Below, one piece after another: positions 8,340-16,752 of a DNA stretch of 22,340 nucleotides. Every line of letters starts with the position of its first letter. Within the stretch, counting starts at the first letter, position 1. The position numbers and the translations under genes are program-made. The DNA is from an uncultured archaeon (GTDB lineage Archaea; Iainarchaeota; Iainarchaeia; Iainarchaeales; GCA-2688035), in assembly GCA_964354805.1 (NCBI GenBank), contig CAYHBD010000003.1, positions 1-22,340 of the forward strand. Reading direction: 5' to 3'. The notes beneath the pieces were generated by a model. The model did not search any database. It was given only the letters and a program-made list of their open reading frames with translations, and had not been told where the DNA came from.

Positions 8340-8448
8340 GTTTTTTTCAACAATCTTAATTGGTACCGCCCGTTTTTTTTCAACAATCTTAATTGGCATT
8401 ATCCGCTGCCGGAATCAACTTTTTTTATTTTTTTCAACAATCGCAATC
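8340..8448 (-). repeat. Three-copy direct repeat echoing the aminotransferase 3' end
   Basis: tttttttcaacaatcttaattgg occurs exactly at 8341-8363 and 8374-8396. tttttttcaacaatc occurs again at 8428-8442 inside the gene end. Confidence 0.9.
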
Positions 8449-9584
8449 ACGTTGTCTATCACATAATCTGTTTCCGCTTTGCTCATTGTCGGATACAATG
8501 GCAGTGAAACAATTCTTTCAAATGCAAACTCGCTGTTCGGGAAATCTCCCCTGTTGAAGCCAAACCTGCTTTTGTAGTAGGGGTGGAAATGGATCGGGAT
8601 AAAATTCACGCTGGCTGCAATGCCGGCTTTCTTCAATTGCTCAATGAATTGGTTTCTGTCAATTTTCATGTTTTCAACATCCAGCAATATCGCATACAGG
8701 TGCCAGGCGTGTTTTACGTTTTCTTTAACCTCAGGCACCGCTATTCCTTCAATTGCACCAAATGCCTTGCTATACCTGCCAGCAATTTTTTCCCTCATCA
8801 AAATGCTTTTATCCAGTTTATCCATTTGCCTTAATCCAATTGAGGCAAGCACGTCGCTCATGTTGTATTTAAACCCGAGTTGTGTTACCTCGTAATACCA
8901 GCTGCCGGCGCCGTAATACCTTTTCCATGCGTCCTTTTTTATGCCGCAGTATCTCAGGCACCTCAATTGTTCAGCTGCTGCATCGCTGTCAGTTACAACT
9001 GCCCCGCCTTCTCCAGTTGTTATATTCTTTATGGGATAAAATGAAAAACACCCATACTTTCCAAGAGTTCCGCATTTTTTGCCTTTATACTCCGCGCCCA
9101 ATGCATGCGCAGCATCCTCTACAACAGCCAGCCCGTGCTTTTCAGCAATCTCGTTTATTTCATCCATACTGCAGCTCTGGCCGCCGTAGTGGACCGGAAT
9201 TATTGCCTTTGTTTTTTTTGAAATCTTTTTCTTTATCTCGGCAGGCGATATGTTAAATGTTTCACTGTCAATATCAGCGAGAACAGGCTTCGCCCCCTGG
9301 AATAAAATAACATTCACTGTCGAGCAGAAAGTGAACGGCGTTGTTATGACCTCGTCTCCAGCTCCAATGCCTTCCGCTGCCAGGGAAATGTGCAGAGCAG
9401 CAGTGCAGCTATCCACCACAATTGCATGCTTGACGCTGTTGTAGTCAGCAAGCTTTTTCTCAAAGGCCTCGCATTTTGGCCCGGTGGTAAGCCAGCCGCT
9501 TTGCAGGGTGTCGATTACCTCATTTATTTCCTCTTTTCCAATCCACGGTTTGCTGAAAGGAATATTCATTTTTTTCTCAGGCAT
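8415..9584 (-). CDS. DegT/DnrJ family aminotransferase (PseC/SpsC/ArnB-like)
   Basis: SGWLTTGP, VEDAAHALG, FSFYPIKNITTGEGG, GFKYNMSD, LPLYP. Start placed at ATG 9584 after AGGTG; ATG 9569 is an alternative. Confidence 0.92.
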   Translation of the reverse strand: MPEKKMNIPFSKPWIGKEEINEVIDTLQSGWLTTGPKCEAFEKKLADYNSVKHAIVVDSCTAALHISLAAEGIGAGDEVITTPFTFCSTVNVILFQGAKPVLADIDSETFNISPAEIKKKISKKTKAIIPVHYGGQSCSMDEINEIAEKHGLAVVEDAAHALGAEYKGKKCGTLGKYGCFSFYPIKNITTGEGGAVVTDSDAAAEQLRCLRYCGIKKDAWKRYYGAGSWYYEVTQLGFKYNMSDVLASIGLRQMDKLDKSILMREKIAGRYSKAFGAIEGIAVPEVKENVKHAWHLYAILLDVENMKIDRNQFIEQLKKAGIAASVNFIPIHFHPYYKSRFGFNRGDFPNSEFAFERIVSLPLYPTMSKAETDYVIDNVIAIVEKNKKS

Positions 9585-9612
9585 ATTCAACACCTTTTCA
9601 ATAATGTGTTTT

Positions 9613-9620
9613 TATTTAAA
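9613..9620 (-). promoter_or_regulatory. Candidate archaeal TATA box (internal promoter for the aminotransferase-neuB-fusion block)
   Basis: Minus strand TTTAAATA about 29 nt upstream of ATG 9584 in an AT-rich gap. Confidence 0.4.
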
Positions 9621-9652
9621 ATAATGGTATTGGTTCAATAATCAAATTTGGG

Positions 9653-11389
9653 TCACAGCATTGACTTTATAAGGGCAATTGCCCTTTCAGTAGCTTTTCC
9701 GTCCTGTTTGAAGGCAATTTCAACAATGAACTTTTCAGCCCTTAGCATAAGCTCTCTCCTTTCTTTGCAATCGCCCAATACTATGCCGAGCGCTTTTCCA
9801 AGCTCAGCTGCATCCCTTGCCCGCAACACGCTGTCGGTTGAATAGTAAACGCTGTCCAAAGGCTGCCTTTCACCGAACACTATCACAGGCTTGTGCAGCG
9901 TAATTGCCTCCAAGCCGACTGTCGATGTCTGGGTTATTACAGCGTCTGCCGCGTCAAGCAAATCATTCAGGTTGTAGCCAGGAATATTCTGCACAACTAT
10001 GCATTTGTTGCCGACAATGCTTTCATAGCTTTCGATATCGTCAGTAGGATGAACCTTCAGCAAAAGTTTTGCCTTCGGCGCTTTTTCAAAAGCATCCAGC
10101 AATTGCCCGACTTTTGCCTTGTCAAACGAAAGCTGTGGCGCAAACAGCACAAGTTTTTCTTCAGGACCACGAGCAAATTTTTTTCTCAATTCTTTGCCAT
10201 GCAATTCCTTTTTTTGAATGAGGTCAAGCTTCGGCGAGCCTGTTACAACAACCATTTGCTCCGGCACCCTGTGCCCAACCAATGTTTTTTTCGCCTGCTC
10301 TCCCCACACTGCAATGGCATCAGCTGTGAGCGGGGCAAAGGACCTCACCCAGTCCCCGCCAATGATTTCTTTCATTGCGCCATGCTGCAATACAATGCTT
10401 TTTGCCTTGTTTTGCCTGGCCAGCAGCACGCAGATTCTCTCAAAAGGCACAGAGTCAACCCAAACAACCAGCAGCCTGGGTTTTGCCGAACGGAATTCCC
10501 TTGACAGAATGTCAATAAGGAAAACAAATTCTGGCCAGTCCCTTTCCACTATTTCAGGGAAATGCCGCTTCAGCATTCTGCTGAAATCCATGCCCTCAAA
10601 AACAAGTTTTTCATTGAATGCCCTGCTTTCCTCCAACTCGTGGAAGGTGAGCTTAAAGCGCTTCTGCATCACTGCCCTTGTAGAGAAGTAGCGCGCTGCA
10701 TTCCACGGCAGCAGTATTTTTTTCAGCAGGAATTCATCCAATGAAACCACGTTAAGCATTGGCTCTTTCTGCAAATCTTTCCTCAGGTTTCCAAGGTACC
10801 CAAGGTCCCTTATGAAAACGGTTTTTTTGCCTTCCCCGCTTCTTTTAAATGACAGCGCTTCAGGCAGCAATGAGCGCAGCTTTGCGATTTTTTTCTTGAT
10901 GTTCTTTTTCGCAAAGTTTGGGAAAAGCAGGAAGCCGTGCCTTGCATTCAAATCGCAGAACAAAACATTGCCTATGCTCTTTGCTTTTGCAACAGCTTTC
11001 ACAGCTTCGCCTGCAAAAGATTTGCCGTCAACAATTATTGCTGCTGGCTTTTCCTTTTCAATTGCTGCTGCTATTGACTTCAGGAGAAAAAAAGTTGTCC
11101 TGAAGAAATAGTACAATTCGTTTTCATGCACAAAACCAAGGTTAATGCCGTTAAAAGTTGAGCTTTGCTCAAATTGCCTGTCAAACCTGTACCAGTTTCT
11201 GGCAAAGAAGCTTGCCCTTTCCTCCACCTCTTTGATGTCATCTGAGCTCAGGAAATCCTCTGGCGCGCGCCTGATGCTCTGCTGCCGCATTACGATAAGC
11301 TCGTCGCCTTTTGCAAGCTTTTCAGCTTTCAGGCTTTCCAAAGCAGGCAGCTCTGCATCGCTTGAAACAACAGCCAGGAATTTCTTCAT
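9653..11389 (-). CDS. GT-B-fold capsule/surface polysaccharide protein, candidate CMP-nonulosonate or CDP-polyol transferase
   Basis: The C-terminal half has LQHG, AVWGE, VTGSPKLD, LKVHP and TSTVGLEA..LHKPVI, as seen in capsule-synthesis/TagF-like and epimerase-2-like GT-B proteins. It lies next to the aminotransferase and neuB. Confidence 0.65.
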   Translation of the reverse strand: MKKFLAVVSSDAELPALESLKAEKLAKGDELIVMRQQSIRRAPEDFLSSDDIKEVEERASFFARNWYRFDRQFEQSSTFNGINLGFVHENELYYFFRTTFFLLKSIAAAIEKEKPAAIIVDGKSFAGEAVKAVAKAKSIGNVLFCDLNARHGFLLFPNFAKKNIKKKIAKLRSLLPEALSFKRSGEGKKTVFIRDLGYLGNLRKDLQKEPMLNVVSLDEFLLKKILLPWNAARYFSTRAVMQKRFKLTFHELEESRAFNEKLVFEGMDFSRMLKRHFPEIVERDWPEFVFLIDILSREFRSAKPRLLVVWVDSVPFERICVLLARQNKAKSIVLQHGAMKEIIGGDWVRSFAPLTADAIAVWGEQAKKTLVGHRVPEQMVVVTGSPKLDLIQKKELHGKELRKKFARGPEEKLVLFAPQLSFDKAKVGQLLDAFEKAPKAKLLLKVHPTDDIESYESIVGNKCIVVQNIPGYNLNDLLDAADAVITQTSTVGLEAITLHKPVIVFGERQPLDSVYYSTDSVLRARDAAELGKALGIVLGDCKERRELMLRAEKFIVEIAFKQDGKATERAIALIKSML

Positions 11390-11528
11390 TTTTCAATTCA
11401 CCTTGAAACAATCACCAGGGCTTTTTTCATTTTTAATTCATCTTGGAGCAATTGTCATTTTTTTTATTTTCAATTCACCTTGAAACAATCGCCATTATTT
11501 TCCATTTTCAGTTCACCTTAAAACAGTT
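11361..11528 (-). repeat. Degenerate tandem repeat of the gene junction, 4-5 units with period 37-41 bp
   Basis: ttttcaattcaccttgaaacaatc at 11390-11413 and 11467-11490 (identical), variants at 11430-11453 and 11505-11528, and the core cttgaaacaa at 11361-11370. Confidence 0.92.
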
Positions 11529-12559
11529 TCATACGCAGCCTTTGTTTTTTCTGCCGCATTGCGCCAAAGGAAATTGCGCTCAATGTGCCTGCTCAGCTGC
11601 TTTGTTTTTTCCTTCCGCAATTCAACCAAAATTTTGCGCCTGATATCGGAAACGCTTGCTGGATTCACATAGGAAGCCATGCCTTGGAAATACTCTTTTG
11701 CAGCGCCTTGCCCTGTAATGACAATGTTTGCGCCTGCAAGCCCTGCCTCCAAAGCAGCCAGGCCAGGCGTTTCATACCAGCTCGGCAAAACAAAAACCTT
11801 GCAAGCAGCATAAGCCGATTGCAGCACTGGGCTTTCATTAGGCATGCTTGGCAGGAACAAAACTTTTTTGCCAGCTTCCCTTTTGCACTGCTTTGCATAT
11901 GCCTCGCTTCCATGCTTTGCATCGCCTATTATCACCAAGTTTGCGTCAATTGAATCCATTGCCCTGACCAATGGCAAAACATTCTTTCTTTCCTCAATCC
12001 TTCCGACGAAAAGAGCAAAGCCAGACAAGCCGAATTTTTTTTCAAACAGCCCGGCAATTCCTTTCCCAAATCTTTTATCCACTCCGTTTGGCACAACCGC
12101 AATCCTCCCTGGTTTTGCCTGGAAAACATTTTCAAGCATTGCTGCTTCAGCCATGCTGTTCGGCAGCAGCAGGTCAGCTTTCCTCACAATGGCTTTAACG
12201 CTTGAAATTCCGAGAAAATCAATTCTGTTGATTAATTCAACTGCAAAAGCTTTTGCCTTCTTCGCCAACCCTTTGTTCCAGAGCAATGCGCTGCCGAGCG
12301 ATGGCCAGTAAACCGGGCTGATTGCAACAGGCAACCCAGCGGCTGCTGCTGCCTTAATGTCAACAAAAGTGTCCCTGTGCAGGCTGAAGTTGTGGAATAA
12401 ATCAAATCCGCTGAAATCATCCCTGTCCCGTTCAAAAATCTTTACATGCACGCCTATTCGCCCAAGTTCCTGCTTTGTGCGCAGCAGCTGCACTTCTCCG
12501 CCGCCAGGAGTCTTTAAAGCACTCTTGCTCATGTTGAATAGCACCCTGAGCTTTGCCAT
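11513..12559 (-). CDS. Glycosyltransferase family 4
   Basis: GGGEVQ, VPNGVD, FVGRIEERKN, PSWYETPGLAALEA (EX7E). Confidence 0.92.
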   Translation of the reverse strand: MAKLRVLFNMSKSALKTPGGGEVQLLRTKQELGRIGVHVKIFERDRDDFSGFDLFHNFSLHRDTFVDIKAAAAAGLPVAISPVYWPSLGSALLWNKGLAKKAKAFAVELINRIDFLGISSVKAIVRKADLLLPNSMAEAAMLENVFQAKPGRIAVVPNGVDKRFGKGIAGLFEKKFGLSGFALFVGRIEERKNVLPLVRAMDSIDANLVIIGDAKHGSEAYAKQCKREAGKKVLFLPSMPNESPVLQSAYAACKVFVLPSWYETPGLAALEAGLAGANIVITGQGAAKEYFQGMASYVNPASVSDIRRKILVELRKEKTKQLSRHIERNFLWRNAAEKTKAAYETVLR

Positions 12560-13660
12560 TCACTTCTCCTCCAATAAAATTTTTGCAATCCTTTTGCTTG
12601 CCTTTCCATCTCCGAAAGGGCACTGCAGTTTCAGCAAGCGCTTCTTTATTTTTGCATGGTTTTTGATCACTGCATTGCCTGCCTTCACTATTTTTTCCCT
12701 GTCATAGCCTGTGAGGCAGCCGAATTTTCCGATTATCTCCGGTCTTTCAGTATTGTCCCTTAAAACAACAACATATTTTTTGTAAACGCTGGCTTCCTCC
12801 TGGATGCCGCCGCTGTCGCTGAGCAAAAACATGCTGTTGCTGGCGAGCTGCAGGAAATCAAAGTATCCGATTGGTTCAATGAAACGCAGGTTTTTCAATG
12901 CAGTTGCCCTTTCCATTAAACCAAATTTTTGCAGGTTTTTAATTGTTCTTGGATGCGCAGGGAAAACGATTTCGATTTTTATTTCACCTATTGCCTTTAG
13001 CAATTCAAGCAAATTTTTCTTTTTGTCAACGTATTCCTGCCTATGCGCGGTCAATACTGCATAGCGCTCATTTTGCAATCCAAGCTTTTGCAGGATTTTT
13101 CGCTTCCCGGCTTTCGCCAAATTGCGCTGCACTGCTTCAACAATAGTATTGCCAGTCAGGTAGATTGATTCTTTTTGCTTGCCCTCTTTTTTGAGGTTCC
13201 TTGCAGCGTTTACGGTAGGGGCAAAGGCATAGCATGCAATCGCGTCGGCAACAACCCTGTTGAACTCCTCCGGCATCCTCCAATCCCTGCTCCGCAGCCC
13301 GGCTTCAACATGCGCGAACCTGCAGTTTGAATAAAACGAGGCAAGTGCTGCAGCCAGGACAGTGTTTGTATCGCCCTGGGCAACAACAGTTTCAACTTTT
13401 TGCTTTTCAAGGAAGCTTAACAGCTTGTCAAACATTCGCGAAACCTGGGACGCGTTTGTCCCTCCGCTGACGCCAAGGTTCAAATCAATTGCCGGCAATT
13501 GCAGTTCCCGCAAAAAAACTTGGTTTAAATTATAGTCATAATGCTGGCCGCTGAAAACAAGCAGCACTTTTGCAGGGCTTTCCTTTTTCAGCAGCTTGAT
13601 TAATTCAGCCAGCTTTATTATTTCCGGCCTTGTCCCGAAAACAACAGCAATCTTCCCCAT
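12560..13660 (-). CDS. wecB: UDP-N-acetylglucosamine 2-epimerase (non-hydrolysing)
   Basis: GTRPEIIK, SGQHYD, QGDTNT, HVEAGLRS, MPEEFNR, SDSGGIQEEA, TERPE, PFGDG. Confidence 0.93.
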   Translation of the reverse strand: MGKIAVVFGTRPEIIKLAELIKLLKKESPAKVLLVFSGQHYDYNLNQVFLRELQLPAIDLNLGVSGGTNASQVSRMFDKLLSFLEKQKVETVVAQGDTNTVLAAALASFYSNCRFAHVEAGLRSRDWRMPEEFNRVVADAIACYAFAPTVNAARNLKKEGKQKESIYLTGNTIVEAVQRNLAKAGKRKILQKLGLQNERYAVLTAHRQEYVDKKKNLLELLKAIGEIKIEIVFPAHPRTIKNLQKFGLMERATALKNLRFIEPIGYFDFLQLASNSMFLLSDSGGIQEEASVYKKYVVVLRDNTERPEIIGKFGCLTGYDREKIVKAGNAVIKNHAKIKKRLLKLQCPFGDGKASKRIAKILLEEK

Positions 13661-14623
13661 TTATATCCCCTTTTGCCCTTTTGCCCAGTCAATTGTGCGC
13701 TGCAGGCCTTCTTCAATTGCCACGCTCGGCTGCCATCCGAACATTTTTTTTGCCAGGCCGCAATTGCACAGCTGCCTCTGCACATCTGGCAAGCCGTGTT
13801 TAACATGCATTATCCCGCTTTTGCTTCCGCTCAGGCTTTTGATTTTTTGCGCAATAAAATTCACGCTGTAACCCTTGCCAGATCCGAAATTAATTGCCTT
13901 TCCAACTGCATCCCTGCTGCCTCCCATTAAAAGGAAAGCCTTGGCCATGTCGCTGACAAAAGTAAAGTCCCTACTTTGTTCGCCGTTTCCATTGATTGTT
14001 ATTGGCTGGTTGCGCAATGCAAGGTTGATGAATTTTGTTATAACATCGTGCTCTGCCCTAGGCCCAAATGAATTGAAGGGCCTTATGATTGCAATAGGCA
14101 AGCCATATGCTTTCCAATAAGCGTAGCAGTACCTGTCGGCAGCTGCCTTTGATGCAGCATAAGGCGATTCAGGGTTCAATGGATATGATTCATCAATTTT
14201 TCCTTCAGCCGCGCTTCCATAAACCTGGCAGCTGCTTGTGCAGACAACCTGTTGTATTCCACCCAGCTGCATTGCTGCATGCAGCACATTCAGAGTGCCG
14301 AGCAGATTAGTCCTCATGACCTGCATTGGGTGTTCAAAGCTGTAGTTTACATGTGCGTCAGCAGCGAGGTGAAAAATTATTGCAGGATTGTTTCGCTTGA
14401 TCGCTTTAATCGCGCCTTTGCCTGCAATATCATCCTGCAAAAAATTCTTTATCCTGCCGCCTGATTCGCTCAGGTTGCCAAAGTGTTTTGCTTTTTTCTT
14501 TCGCACAAAGACGCTTACCTCTGCCCCCTGTTCAACCAAAGCATCGGTCAAATGCGAGCCTATGAAACCGCTTGCGCCTGTTACAAGGACGGCTTTTCCC
14601 TTCCAAAACCTTGGTTTGTTCAA
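13661..14623 (-). CDS. NAD-dependent epimerase/dehydratase (dTDP/GDP-sugar 4,6-dehydratase-like SDR)
   Basis: GASGFIG, HLAADAHV, PYAASKAAAD, RPFNSFGPR, RDFTFVSD. TTG start preceded by AGGAGG. Confidence 0.88.
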   Translation of the reverse strand: MNKPRFWKGKAVLVTGASGFIGSHLTDALVEQGAEVSVFVRKKKAKHFGNLSESGGRIKNFLQDDIAGKGAIKAIKRNNPAIIFHLAADAHVNYSFEHPMQVMRTNLLGTLNVLHAAMQLGGIQQVVCTSSCQVYGSAAEGKIDESYPLNPESPYAASKAAADRYCYAYWKAYGLPIAIIRPFNSFGPRAEHDVITKFINLALRNQPITINGNGEQSRDFTFVSDMAKAFLLMGGSRDAVGKAINFGSGKGYSVNFIAQKIKSLSGSKSGIMHVKHGLPDVQRQLCNCGLAKKMFGWQPSVAIEEGLQRTIDWAKGQKGI

Positions 14624-14670
14624 TTAAAAGCCTCCTTTTGAAGTCCTTCCCAAAACGCAGATTTGTTCAA
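14599..14670 (-). repeat. Diverged direct repeat of the SDR 5' end (period 47 bp)
   Basis: Minus strand TTGAACAAATCTGCGTTTTGGGAAGGA versus TTGAACAAACCAAGGTTTTGGAAGGGA. Confidence 0.8.
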
Positions 14671-14675
14671 CCTGA

Positions 14676-15584
14676 TCAGCTCCTCACAATCAAATCGCCT
14701 TTTGCGTACCTTTTCCTCTTTTCAAGGATTTCACCCAAATTGCGCAGGTTAATCCAGTACGCCTGCAGCAGCCAGTGTGCCCTCAGGGTTGCAATGCTCT
14801 TAATGAAGCGCAGCATTTCCCAGAAAAAAGCTTTTGCCAATCTTTTTTTGCTGAAGTGCAGTAGCATGAAGCGCGCCCTGTTCTTGTTCATTGTCAAATA
14901 CATCCACTTGCTTGGCTGCTTTGCAGTAATCTTTGAGCCGAAGTGGACTATGACACTCTCTGGGGCAAACACGCACCTCATGCCGGCTTTCCTTGCCCTT
15001 GCGCAGTAATCGCTCTCCTCAAAATAAATCGGGCTGAATCCCTCGTCCAGAAAACCGATTTTTTCAAACAAGCTTTTTTTAATGAAAAAAGCTGCACCGC
15101 CTGCCTGCTCAATGTCGTGCATTCCGGGATGCTGCTGCTTCAAAATAAACTTGGCTGTTCCGCTGTCGTCAATGTATCCGCCGCTGTAAGGCTGCTGTTT
15201 GCCTTCTGCTTCAGGCAAATCAGGCTGGACAATGCCAATGCTTTCATCTGATTCAGCTGCTTTCACTAATTCATTAAGCCAGCTTTTTTTCACAATTGTG
15301 TCGTTGTTCAGCAAAAGAAAGAAATCACCGTTTGCTGCCCTCAGCCCCTGATTGTTGCCGCCAGCAAAGCCCTTGTTTTCCTTGTTCAGAATCAGCCTGT
15401 CAATCAACCCCTGATTATGCATGCCCTGCAATTGCTTTATTTCTTCTTCTCCGCTTCCGTTGTCAACAACAATTATTTCAAAGGGCTTGTAATCAGTGTT
15501 TTGCCTGATTGAGTCAATGCACTGCTTTGTAAAATCCAATCCGTTCCAGTTAAGGATGATTATTGAAACAAGCCTGTTTGCCAT
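14676..15584 (-). CDS. Glycosyltransferase family 2 (RfbF/WbbL-like)
   Basis: SIIILNWNG, VVDNGS, NKGFAGGNN, LLNNDT, GFLDEGF..YFEESD. Confidence 0.92.
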   Translation of the reverse strand: MANRLVSIIILNWNGLDFTKQCIDSIRQNTDYKPFEIIVVDNGSGEEEIKQLQGMHNQGLIDRLILNKENKGFAGGNNQGLRAANGDFFLLLNNDTIVKKSWLNELVKAAESDESIGIVQPDLPEAEGKQQPYSGGYIDDSGTAKFILKQQHPGMHDIEQAGGAAFFIKKSLFEKIGFLDEGFSPIYFEESDYCARARKAGMRCVFAPESVIVHFGSKITAKQPSKWMYLTMNKNRARFMLLHFSKKRLAKAFFWEMLRFIKSIATLRAHWLLQAYWINLRNLGEILEKRKRYAKGDLIVRS

Positions 15585-15648
15585 TCAGTTCACTTTCCTA
15601 AAATAAATTCATGTATTTTTATGCATTAATTGCCATTCAGCTCTTTCC
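15578..15648 (-). repeat. Direct repeat of the stop/start junction (period 52 bp)
   Basis: Minus strand GGAAAGAGCTGAATGGCAA versus GGAAAGTGAACTGAATGGCAA; exact ttgccattcag at 15578-15588 and 15630-15640. Confidence 0.75.
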
Positions 15649-16752
15649 CAACACGCTATTATACACTTCAATGTATTCATCTATTTTTCCCTGCCAGCTG
15701 AAATCATTTGCCCTTGCAGTGCAGTTCTGCCTGAGTTTTTCTTTTTCTTTTTCACCCAATCGCATTATTGCAAGGATTCTTTCAGCTGCCTGTAGTGGCT
15801 TTTCAAAATCCAAAATAAAACCATTCTCGCTGTCTTTTACAAATGCATTGAATGTCGCAATGTTGTTGAGCACTGGGATCGCGCCTGCAGCCATTGCCTC
15901 AATTACTGCAATGCCGAAGCCTTCATAAGCAGACGCGCTGATGAAGAACTGACTTTCATCGTATGCACTCATCAATTGCGCTTCGCTCACTTCTCCCCTG
16001 AAAACAATGTTGCCCTGCAATCCGTGCTGCCTGACCTTTTCACGCAATTCAGGCAGCAGTTGCTCGAAGTCCCTGCCGATTATCTGCATCCTGCTGCCCT
16101 TTTCCTTTTCGGCAATTTTTGCAAATGAGCGAATCAGCAGGTCAATTCTTTTGTTCCTGCTCAATCTGCCGACAAAAAGGAAAGTATTTTTTTTCTTCTG
16201 CTTTCCCAAGCGCATGAATTTTTCAACTGGGACAGCGTTCTCAATTAGCTTGATTTTTCCTCTGGGGGAGATCTTTGAAAAAAGCTCAAAATCATGCTGG
16301 CTGTCGCATATTACAAAGTCAACAGCTTTGAACAGCAAGCGCCACCATATGTGGAAGTATGCTTTTTTGAGCAGCCCAAGCTGCTTGCTGTGGAATATTC
16401 CGCCGTGAGTTGAAACAACAAGCTTCTTCCTGTGCAGCCATTTTGTTAAAGCAAGCAGGTCAATGAAAAAGCCTGGGCTGTGGATATGCACTAAATCAAA
16501 TCCCTTGATTTTTCCAAGCAGCCCTTTTGGCACTTTGTACCAGCGCAGATTCAAGAAAGGCATTCTGTGGACAGTTACGCCATTGATCACTTCTTTTTCT
16601 TTCAGCACGTTTTTGCTGTCCCAGCATTTGTTCAGGCAAAGCTCACTACATTGTATGCCTTTTTTGTTTAGGTTTTCCGCAAGCTGCTGGACAAATCCCT
16701 CAATGCCGCCAGTGCACGGGAAATAATGGTTTGATAACTGGACGATACGCAT
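15637..16752 (-). CDS. Glycosyltransferase family 4
   Basis: GGIE, STHGG, FVGRLSRNKR, YEGFGIAVIEAMAAG (EX7E). Start placed at ATG 16752 (MRIVQL, RBS AGGGAG) rather than 16803. Confidence 0.9.
   Translation of the reverse strand: MRIVQLSNHYFPCTGGIEGFVQQLAENLNKKGIQCSELCLNKCWDSKNVLKEKEVINGVTVHRMPFLNLRWYKVPKGLLGKIKGFDLVHIHSPGFFIDLLALTKWLHRKKLVVSTHGGIFHSKQLGLLKKAYFHIWWRLLFKAVDFVICDSQHDFELFSKISPRGKIKLIENAVPVEKFMRLGKQKKKNTFLFVGRLSRNKRIDLLIRSFAKIAEKEKGSRMQIIGRDFEQLLPELREKVRQHGLQGNIVFRGEVSEAQLMSAYDESQFFISASAYEGFGIAVIEAMAAGAIPVLNNIATFNAFVKDSENGFILDFEKPLQAAERILAIMRLGEKEKEKLRQNCTARANDFSWQGKIDEYIEVYNSVLGKS

Noticed and set aside
11390-11528. CRISPR array (the unit has GTTTCAA...ATTGAAA ends like many CRISPR repeats)
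   Set aside because: Spacers are only 13-16 bp and resemble each other and the next gene's start, the units derive from the flanking coding ends, and there are no cas genes in the window.
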